Of a stretch of 32,000 nt of DNA, positions 24,975 to 32,000 are shown in pieces. The position numbers and the translations under genes were made by a program. Position 1 is the stretch's first letter, and each line of letters opens with the position of its first letter. The notes beneath the pieces were generated by a model. The model did no database searches. It was not told where the DNA came from and saw nothing but the letters and a program-made list of their open reading frames with translations. Source of the stretch: an uncultured archaeon (GTDB lineage: Archaea; Iainarchaeota; Iainarchaeia; Iainarchaeales; 0-14-0-20-30-16); contig CAZMGA010000005.1 of NCBI GenBank assembly GCA_964565725.1, positions 5,347 to 37,346 on the forward strand. Direction: 5' to 3'.

Positions 24975-25762
24975 CTATATCCTTCGTAATTTTTTAATTG
25001 CTTATAGAAAAATCTTCTAAATGTAATTACACAAATTAAAGCATATATTCCTAATAATATCGTTAATATAATGCTCCAAAATAAATTTACTTTATTTAAA
25101 AATATTAATGCAGGAACAAATAAACATACTAAAGTTGGAGGAAATAAAAAAGATATTAAAATAAAATAAGGTCTGGTTAATATTTGCATAGGATATTCAG
25201 AAAATCTTTGTTGAATAACTCTATATAACCAAGAAGCATCATTAACATCCCCATATTTAAAACTTAATAAGTGTATTGATGAATTAATAAATAAAAAAGA
25301 TATTAATCCAAAAATATATGCTATTAAACCCAATATAAATGATATTATTGTTAAATTTATACTTAATATAAAAAACATAATAATTACAAATATAAAACTT
25401 ATAATAAAGAATATTAAATTATGATAATTAATTTCCCAAAATGTAAATAATGTAATTGTGTCTTTTGGTTTTATTAAATAAATATTTAATTCGCCCGATG
25501 TTACTAAATAACCATAATTTTTTAATCCCAAAGTATATAATAATTCAAAAGGTATTTGATTTATAAAAAATAAAAACATAATTTCATTAAAATTCCATCC
25601 TACTATGGTTTCAGTAAATCCAAATATTGTTTTAAAAAATACAAATACAATTAAATAATAACCCATTTGTAATACAAAATATATTAAACTATCTTTATTG
25701 AATTCTTTTATAGCTCTAAATTTAGATAACATTATTTTTTTAATTAAATTCCAATAAGACAT
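24971..25762 (-). CDS. ABC-2 type transporter permease (DUF990-like)
   Basis: Six TM segments; WEINYHNLIFFII, EYPMQILTRPYFILISFLFPPTLVCLFVPAL; 0-nt gap with next permease. Confidence 0.75.
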   Translation of the reverse strand: MSYWNLIKKIMLSKFRAIKEFNKDSLIYFVLQMGYYLIVFVFFKTIFGFTETIVGWNFNEIMFLFFINQIPFELLYTLGLKNYGYLVTSGELNIYLIKPKDTITLFTFWEINYHNLIFFIISFIFVIIMFFILSINLTIISFILGLIAYIFGLISFLFINSSIHLLSFKYGDVNDASWLYRVIQQRFSEYPMQILTRPYFILISFLFPPTLVCLFVPALIFLNKVNLFWSIILTILLGIYALICVITFRRFFYKQLKNYEGYS

Positions 25763-26542
25763 TTAACCACCATAACCATCATATTTTTTTAAGCCTTTTT
25801 TTTCTAAAAACTTTGCTAATGCGTAAAATATAATTATCCAAAGTATATATTGTAAAACAATCCAAATGTTTGGAACTAATTGTCCTAAATATATTTTTGC
25901 AGGAGTATAAACCATTAAATTAAAAGGTAATATTAAAAATATTTTTTGAACTATTTCAGGAAATAAATCTAATGGCAAAAATCTACCTGCTGAAAAATTT
26001 ATAATCATACCTATTAAAGATATAACTCCAAAGTTTTTTCCTAACCAAAAACTAGAGAATTGCAATGCGACTACTAAAAAACTCATTATTATAATTCCTA
26101 AAATATAAAATAATATTCCTAACAATGAAATTGGTCCTATAAATATTAAACCAGCCATTATCACAAAAAACAGTATAAATATTAATGGAATTAAATATTT
26201 TGAAAAAATATTATAAAAATAATTTTGTGTTAAGCTTAATGGCCTTGTTAATCTATTTGCTATTTGTCCATAATATACTTCTTCAAATATACTCCATTGA
26301 TCTCCAACTCCATAAAACAAACCCCATACAAAAAAATAATATAAATAAATTTCTTTTGATGAATAAATAAATAAAGGACTTTGAGATATAATACTCATTA
26401 AGAATATTACTGGAATAAAATCTAATATTGGTGAAAGAATGTATGCAATTCTTCTAAATGGATATGCATTTAAATCTTGCCAATAAAATTTTAATGTACT
26501 TAAAAAATATTTTAAATTAAATTTATTTAACATATCCATCAA
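25763..26542 (-). CDS. ABC-2 type transporter permease
   Basis: GVGDQWSIFEEVYYGQIANRLTRPLSLTQNYF; GKNFGVISLIGMIINFSAGRFLPLDLFPEIVQKIFLILPFNLMVYTPAKIYLG. Confidence 0.75.
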   Translation of the reverse strand: MMDMLNKFNLKYFLSTLKFYWQDLNAYPFRRIAYILSPILDFIPVIFLMSIISQSPLFIYSSKEIYLYYFFVWGLFYGVGDQWSIFEEVYYGQIANRLTRPLSLTQNYFYNIFSKYLIPLIFILFFVIMAGLIFIGPISLLGILFYILGIIIMSFLVVALQFSSFWLGKNFGVISLIGMIINFSAGRFLPLDLFPEIVQKIFLILPFNLMVYTPAKIYLGQLVPNIWIVLQYILWIIIFYALAKFLEKKGLKKYDGYGG

Positions 26543-27509
26543 CGTATATTTTTTTTACAATTTCTTTTAGATTTGGTTCTTCAATTTTTAAATCAAATAC
26601 TTCATAACAGTTTAATAGCTCTTTTGTTATTAAATCAATTCTTATTGCTGGTGATTTTAATATAATATAATTTTTATTTTTTTCAATTATTTCTAAATTT
26701 TTTAAATTTGGTTCTTTTAATTCTTTTTTAAAATATATTGTAATTCTTTTCCAATTAGCATATTTATTTTTTAATTCTTTTAAATCACCATCATATACTT
26801 TTTTACCTTCATCAATCATTATAATTCTATTACATAATTCTTCAATATCATCCATATTGTGAGTTGTTAGAATTATTGTTGTATTATATTTTTTGTTAAT
26901 TGTATCCAAGAATCTAATAATTTTTTCTCTAGCTATTAAATCTAAACCAATAGTGGGTTCATCTAAAAATACTATTTTAGGATTGTGTAATAATGATGCT
27001 ATTATTTCAAATCTCATTCTTTCTCCTAAAGATAATTTTCTTACTTGTGTATTTAATAAATGACTTACATCTAATTCTTTTGCAAATTCTGTTATTTTAT
27101 CTTTTATGTATTTGTCATCTAAATTGTATATTGTGCCTTGAATCTCCAAAGCATATTTTGGAGGTATATCTTGACTTAACAAACTTCTATTTCCAAAAAC
27201 TACTCCTATATCTTTTACATAATCTATTCTTTCAGTAAATGGGTTTTTGCCTAAACATTTAATAGTTCCTGATGTAGGTATTAAAATTCCTGTTAACATT
27301 TTTATAGTTGTACTTTTACCAGAACCATTTTCTCCAATATAACCTATTTTTTCTCCTTCTTTAATTTCAAAAGACATATTAGTTATTACTTTTTTATCTT
27401 TTTGTTTTTTGATTAAAAAGTTTTTAAATTTATTAAATCTACCTTTTATTTCTTCAGGTACTTTAAATATTTTATTAACGTTATTTAAACTAATTATTAT
27501 ATTTGACAT
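26523..27509 (-). CDS. ABC transporter ATP-binding protein
   Basis: Track ORF starts at GTG 27518; GAGTGAT Shine-Dalgarno favours ATG 27509. YIGENGSGKSTTIKMLTGIL; LSLGERMRFEIIASLLHNPKIVFLDEPTIGLD; ILTTHNMDDIE. Confidence 0.92.
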   Translation of the reverse strand: MSNIIISLNNVNKIFKVPEEIKGRFNKFKNFLIKKQKDKKVITNMSFEIKEGEKIGYIGENGSGKSTTIKMLTGILIPTSGTIKCLGKNPFTERIDYVKDIGVVFGNRSLLSQDIPPKYALEIQGTIYNLDDKYIKDKITEFAKELDVSHLLNTQVRKLSLGERMRFEIIASLLHNPKIVFLDEPTIGLDLIAREKIIRFLDTINKKYNTTIILTTHNMDDIEELCNRIIMIDEGKKVYDGDLKELKNKYANWKRITIYFKKELKEPNLKNLEIIEKNKNYIILKSPAIRIDLITKELLNCYEVFDLKIEEPNLKEIVKKIYVDGYVK

Positions 27510-27550
27510 AAAAATCACTCTTAAAAAGTTTTTTCAAAAATTAGAATGTG

Positions 27551-27572
27551 TAATACATATATAAATGTATTA
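27551..27572 (-). promoter_or_regulatory. Inverted repeat overlapping the TATA element of the ABC exporter operon (candidate operator)
   Basis: TAATACAT-ATATAA-ATGTATTA: perfect 8-bp arms around the TATA-like core, about 50 nt upstream of the ATPase start. Confidence 0.45.
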
Positions 27573-27599
27573 GATTATATTTTTAAATACTATTTATAT

Positions 27600-28220
27600 T
27601 TATAATATTTTTTCAATTCTTTTTAATATATTTTCTGGATTGTCTGAAGAATTTATTTTTTTAATTAATTTTAATTTATTAAAATATTTTTCTAATGGTT
27701 TTGTTTCAATATTATATACTTTTAATCTTTTTTTAATTATACTTAATTTATCATCAGGTCTTTGTATTAGTTTTTCACCATCATTATCACAGATACCTTT
27801 AATTTTTGGTTTTAAATTTTTTGTATGATATATTGTCTTACATTTAGGGCAAATTCTTCTGCCTGTTAATCTTTCTAAAATTATTTTTTCAGAAGCTTTT
27901 AAATCTAAAACTAAGTCTATTTTTTTTACTTTTATAATTTCATTTGCTTGTTCTATATTTCTAGGAAAACCATCTAATATTATATTTTTTGATTTAACAT
28001 TTTTTATTGCTTTTGCTATTAATGGAATTATTATTTCTGTAGGTACTAATTTACCATTTAACATATATTCTTGAATTGTTTTACCAATTTTTGTTTTTTT
28101 TGCAACCTCTCTTTTTAAAATTTCAGATGCGGATAATATTTTCATATTATGTTTTTTAACCAACCGATTTGCAATAGTACCTTTTCCTACACCTGGTGCT
28201 CCAAACATAACGATAATCAT
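27600..28220 (-). CDS. adk: Adenylate kinase with zinc-binding LID
   Basis: MIIVMFGAPGVGKGTIANRL; ILDGFPRN; GRRICPKCKTIYH...GICDNDGEKLIQRPDD. Confidence 0.93.
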   Translation of the reverse strand: MIIVMFGAPGVGKGTIANRLVKKHNMKILSASEILKREVAKKTKIGKTIQEYMLNGKLVPTEIIIPLIAKAIKNVKSKNIILDGFPRNIEQANEIIKVKKIDLVLDLKASEKIILERLTGRRICPKCKTIYHTKNLKPKIKGICDNDGEKLIQRPDDKLSIIKKRLKVYNIETKPLEKYFNKLKLIKKINSSDNPENILKRIEKIL

Positions 28221-28250
28221 AAAATCACCTATTATAATAAAGATATAAAT

Positions 28251-29309
28251 CTATATATAGTTTATTGCAAATAAATGTTTTAAAAATATAGTAGCATAAC
28301 AGCCTTTTTTAATTCTAAATTCAATAAATTCTTTTTGTTTCAAGTCTTTAGGAAAAAAAGTAGTTTTTCTTAATTCTTTTGTTTTTGGGATTATTTTTTC
28401 TAAATGTTTTTGTTTTATATTGTATTTCTCTAAAATAATTTCTAAATGTTTTTGATATTTTTTATAATTTGATTTAGAATTTGGTAATGGTAATTCTAAA
28501 TTAGGTATTTTTTCTAAAGGATAATATAAACTTTCAAATTCTTTATATTTGTAGTCTTTAACAATTTCTTTTAACAATTCGTTCCATAAATGACTTTGAA
28601 ATTGTTTGTAGTAAAATTGTAAATCCTTTTCATTTAATAAATTAAATGCTTTTTCAAATTCTTTGTTTAATATTAATTCAAATATTTGTTTTTTGTATTG
28701 ATTTTTTTCAAATACTTTTTCTTTTATTTTTTTATTTAAATTGTTTAAATTATACCAGTTTTTTTCAATTTCTAATCTATCTGTTTTAGTTTCTTCATTA
28801 AAAGAATCTCTAGTTAAATAAAATTTTAATGCGTTTTCAAAATCATTATTTAAAACAGATAATGTAATTTTTAAATATTCTGTATTGCCAAATCTTTGAG
28901 TATCAAAATAATTTGGACTGCCAATATATTGTATTTTTTTTATTTCTTTAAATGAATTAGTTTTTATTTTAAAATAATTTTCTAAATTTGCACCTGTAAA
29001 TAAATGTTTTTTAGTATTGTTTACAAATTCTAATTTTATATAATAATCCTTTTCAAAAATTTCAAAATCATTAATTTTTTCATGACTTGTAATATATTGG
29101 ATAGTTAGTGCATTTTTATCTTTCATGCCTGCATAATAAAAGTTTTTTTTGAATTTTGTTTTTAATATTTGTTCTAAATTTTTATGTGCTAAATTTTTTT
29201 TAGTTATTTTATATAAATAAATATTAGAATTGACATTAGTGAAATATTCTTTAGGTATGATCTCTTCAACATAAAAATCTAAGGGGTTTTCTTTTAAAAT
29301 TAATTGCAT
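28251..29309 (-). CDS. truD: tRNA pseudouridine13 synthase
   Basis: DFYVEEI; LYKITKKNLAHKNLEQIL; YYAGMKDKNALTIQYIT; NYFDTQRFG; FYKQFQSHLWNELL. Confidence 0.9.
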   Translation of the reverse strand: MQLILKENPLDFYVEEIIPKEYFTNVNSNIYLYKITKKNLAHKNLEQILKTKFKKNFYYAGMKDKNALTIQYITSHEKINDFEIFEKDYYIKLEFVNNTKKHLFTGANLENYFKIKTNSFKEIKKIQYIGSPNYFDTQRFGNTEYLKITLSVLNNDFENALKFYLTRDSFNEETKTDRLEIEKNWYNLNNLNKKIKEKVFEKNQYKKQIFELILNKEFEKAFNLLNEKDLQFYYKQFQSHLWNELLKEIVKDYKYKEFESLYYPLEKIPNLELPLPNSKSNYKKYQKHLEIILEKYNIKQKHLEKIIPKTKELRKTTFFPKDLKQKEFIEFRIKKGCYATIFLKHLFAINYI

Positions 29310-29389
29310 AATATTATTTTATAAGCAAGCATTTTAAATATATAATATATTAATATATAATTATTATATTTAATTTAACAGTGAGATTT

Positions 29390-31132
29390 ATGATTACAAG
29401 TAATGAATTAAGAAGAAAATATATAGATTTTTTTGTAAGTAGAGGGCATAAAGAAATACCTTCTGCGTCTTTAGTTCCCAATAATGACCCAACAGTTTTA
29501 TTTACTACTGCGGGAATGCATCCTTTAGTGCCCTATTTATTAGGGGAAAAACATCCTTTAGGTAATAAGTTAGTAAATTCACAAAAATGTATTAGAACCG
29601 GAGATATAGAGGATGTAGGAGATTCATCTCATCATACTTTTTTTGAAATGTTGGGTAATTGGAGTTTGGGTGATTATTTTAAAGAAGATGCAATAAAATA
29701 TACTTTTGAATTTCATACTAAAATTTTAAATATACCTTTAGAAAGATATGCTGTTACTGTGTTTTCTGGAAATAGTTTTGCTAAAAAAGATTTTGAGTCT
29801 GAAAAAACTTGGTTATTTTTAGGCATGTCAAAAGATAGAATTGCTTTTTTAGAGGATAATTGGTGGGGTCCTGCTGGTTTAACTGGTCCTTGTGGTCCTG
29901 ACACTGAAATGTTTTATTGGAAATTAAATAATGTAAAAGCACCAAAAATTTTTGATCCTAACGATAAAAATTGGGTTGAAATAGGAAATAATGTTTTATT
30001 GCAATTTATAAAAAATGATAAAGGTGAATATTTAGAATCTAAACAAAAAAATATTGATTTTGGTGGGGGTTTAGAAAGAACTTTGGCTTTGTTAAATGGA
30101 TTAGAAGATAATTATTTAACAGATTTATTTTTACCAATAATTCAAAAAATTGAAAAATTATCTAATAAAAAATATAATGATAATTTAAGAAGTATGAGAA
30201 TTATTGCGGATCATATTAAAGCCTCAGTGTTTATAATAAATGATGGAGTAATACCTAGTAATACTGAAAGAGGGTATGTTTTAAGAAGATTAATAAGAAG
30301 AGCTATAAGATTTGGTAGTGAATTAGGTTTAAAGAATTTTGTTAAAGAAATTGCTTTGCCTATTTTTGATATTTATTTTGAATTTGAATATTTACAAAAA
30401 AATAAATTAATGATATTAACTGAATTAGAAAAAGAAGAACAAAAATTTTCACAAACATTAGAAAAAGGAATTAAAGAATTTGATAAAATAGTAAATAAAT
30501 GGAATGAAATTAATGGTGAAGATGCATTTTTGTTATATCAAAGTTATGGGTTTCCAATTGAAATGACTATTGAATTATCAAAAGAAAAAAATATCAATGT
30601 AGATGTAAATGCTTTTAATGAAGAATATAAAAAACATCAAGAATTATCTAAAACATTGAGCGCTGGAAAATATAAATCTGGTTTAGCTGATAATTCTGAA
30701 GCTACAAAAAGATATCATACTGCTACTCATTTGTTAAATGAAGCCTTGAGAAATTTAATATCAAAAAATATTAGACAAAAAGGTTCAAATATAAATGCAG
30801 AAAGATTAAGATTTGATTTTAATTTAAATAGAGCATTAACTAAAGAAGAATTATTATTAATAGAAAATGAAGTTAATAAAATAATACTAAAAGAATTAGA
30901 AGTAAAAAAAGAAGAAATGCCTTTAGGTAAAGCAATAAAATTAGGCGCACAAGCTGAATTTGGCACAAAATATCCTGAAATAGTTTCTGTTTATTTTATA
31001 GGAGATTATTCAAAAGAAATTTGTACAGGTCCACATGTAAATAATACTAAAGAATTAGGTGAATTTAAAATAATTAAAGAAGAATCTTCTGGTGCAGGTA
31101 TAAGAAGAATTAAAGCTATATTGGAGAATTAA
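29390..31132 (+). CDS. alaS: Alanyl-tRNA synthetase, short form lacking C-terminal DHHA1/C-Ala domain
   Basis: Track ORF starts at GTG 29381. MITSNELRRKYIDFFVSRGHKEIPSASLVPNNDPTVLFTTAGMHPLVPYLLGEKHPLG; SSHHTFFEMLGNWSLGDYF; editing motifs HTATH and CTGPH; ORF stops right after GAGIRRIKAI. Confidence 0.93.
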   Translation: MITSNELRRKYIDFFVSRGHKEIPSASLVPNNDPTVLFTTAGMHPLVPYLLGEKHPLGNKLVNSQKCIRTGDIEDVGDSSHHTFFEMLGNWSLGDYFKEDAIKYTFEFHTKILNIPLERYAVTVFSGNSFAKKDFESEKTWLFLGMSKDRIAFLEDNWWGPAGLTGPCGPDTEMFYWKLNNVKAPKIFDPNDKNWVEIGNNVLLQFIKNDKGEYLESKQKNIDFGGGLERTLALLNGLEDNYLTDLFLPIIQKIEKLSNKKYNDNLRSMRIIADHIKASVFIINDGVIPSNTERGYVLRRLIRRAIRFGSELGLKNFVKEIALPIFDIYFEFEYLQKNKLMILTELEKEEQKFSQTLEKGIKEFDKIVNKWNEINGEDAFLLYQSYGFPIEMTIELSKEKNINVDVNAFNEEYKKHQELSKTLSAGKYKSGLADNSEATKRYHTATHLLNEALRNLISKNIRQKGSNINAERLRFDFNLNRALTKEELLLIENEVNKIILKELEVKKEEMPLGKAIKLGAQAEFGTKYPEIVSVYFIGDYSKEICTGPHVNNTKELGEFKIIKEESSGAGIRRIKAILEN

Positions 31133-31133
31133 T

Positions 31134-31982
31134 ATGCCTAAACCTTTAAAATTAAAAAGAACTTATAAAATAGAAGGCAAAGTTTTTCTTACACATAAAT
31201 TTAGAGAAAGAGTGAGAGAAAATAGAAAAAAATTAGATGAAATAAGATATATTGATAATTTTAAATATGACGAAGTTTGGCCTTTGAATGATGCTAGATC
31301 TAGGTTTAATACTATTTATTATTATTTTTTAAAAGGAGCTCCAATAAATTTTTTTAAAAATCTTAGAAAATCTAATCCTAGAATAATGGTTTTAGGCCCT
31401 GGAAAAGGAGAATATATTTTAGATTTACATAATAGATTAAATAGATTAAATATAAATCCTGTAACTGATGTTTTTGGTTTAACTAAATCTGTATCTGAAG
31501 AAGTTTCTAAAATTATTAATAAAGATCATTCACAAGGAATAACTTTTGAAGAATTATGGAATTATCCTGAAAAATATAAATCAACAATAGAAAAATTTTT
31601 TGGAGAATATGATTTTATTGATGCTAGCTATTCTACAAGTTATCATACAAGTTATCCTGAAAAAACAGCATTTTATACCTCTTTAATGTTGGCAAAAGGA
31701 GGAGAAGCATATATTACTTTGAATCCATTCTCAATTTCGAGAAGATTTTTTGATCGATTAAAAGAATTCAAATCAAATAGATTTTTTACAAATGAAAATT
31801 TTATTCCTCGAAGTGTTGAATTAACTAATAGTTTTGATAAAAGTATAAAATATGTTTTAAATTATTTAAAAAAAGCTATAAAAGCATATAATAAATCACA
31901 TAATACTAATTTAGATTTTGAATTTGAAATAATTAATACTGATTCAAAAGATGTATATTTAAAAATTAAACGAATATTATAA
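31134..31982 (+). CDS. Divergent class I SAM-dependent methyltransferase-like protein
   Basis: PRIMVLGPGKGEYILDLHNRL (motif I-like); YDFIDASYSTSYHTSYPEKTAFYTSLMLAKGGEAYITL. Confidence 0.4.
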   Translation: MPKPLKLKRTYKIEGKVFLTHKFRERVRENRKKLDEIRYIDNFKYDEVWPLNDARSRFNTIYYYFLKGAPINFFKNLRKSNPRIMVLGPGKGEYILDLHNRLNRLNINPVTDVFGLTKSVSEEVSKIINKDHSQGITFEELWNYPEKYKSTIEKFFGEYDFIDASYSTSYHTSYPEKTAFYTSLMLAKGGEAYITLNPFSISRRFFDRLKEFKSNRFFTNENFIPRSVELTNSFDKSIKYVLNYLKKAIKAYNKSHNTNLDFEFEIINTDSKDVYLKIKRIL

Positions 31983-32000
31983 TATAATGAGTGATTTTAT

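Noticed and set aside
26185-27238. Track ORFs 26185..26370 + and 26993..27238 +
   Set aside because: Both antisense to the ABC transporter genes.
27640-27828. Track ORF 27640..27828 +
   Set aside because: Antisense to adk.
29713-30966. Track ORFs 29713..29904 - and 30727..30966 -
   Set aside because: Antisense to conserved AlaS motifs.
1-32000. Prophage, integrated plasmid, toxin-antitoxin or CRISPR-Cas system
   Set aside because: No integrase, transposase, terminase, capsid, relaxase, Cas or paired toxin-antitoxin motifs seen; flanking genes are housekeeping.

Overview
AT-rich archaeal chromosome segment. The gene content suggests a small-genome (DPANN-type) archaeon: a PAN-like proteasome-activating ATPase, Dph5, Trm5, TruD, archaeal-type GluRS, Nre, DUF63, an aCPSF2-like beta-CASP nuclease, a 5S rRNA and tRNA-Glu(UUC). 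I found no CRISPR array, transposase, integrase or phage module. Most of the window is ordinary housekeeping. The parts most worth following up are: (1) a tightly packed minus-strand operon (16581->13056) encoding a secreted tyrosine-rich peptide (about 30% Tyr), a membrane-anchored PLD/HKD protein, an endonuclease-IV-like TIM barrel and a Cys-rich transglutaminase-like ectoprotein; (2) a secreted lytic-transglycosylase-like protein coupled to a Cys-rich membrane protein and a DedA protein; (3) microproteins absent from the ORF track: a 42-aa very basic eL41-like ORF with a structured leader, a 35-aa single-TM ORF ahead of the beta-CASP nuclease, a 59-aa class III signal-peptide pilin-like ORF, and a 21-aa leader ORF ahead of gltX; (4) a Lys-rich protein built on 63-bp tandem repeats; (5) a 583-aa bacterial/CPR-looking AlaS lacking the C-Ala domain; (6) an inverted repeat spanning the TATA element of an ABC exporter operon. 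Several ORF-track starts are GTG codons inside GTGAT Shine-Dalgarno-like motifs, and the true ATG is probably 9 nt downstream. No claim rests on database searches. All family calls come from recognised motifs.
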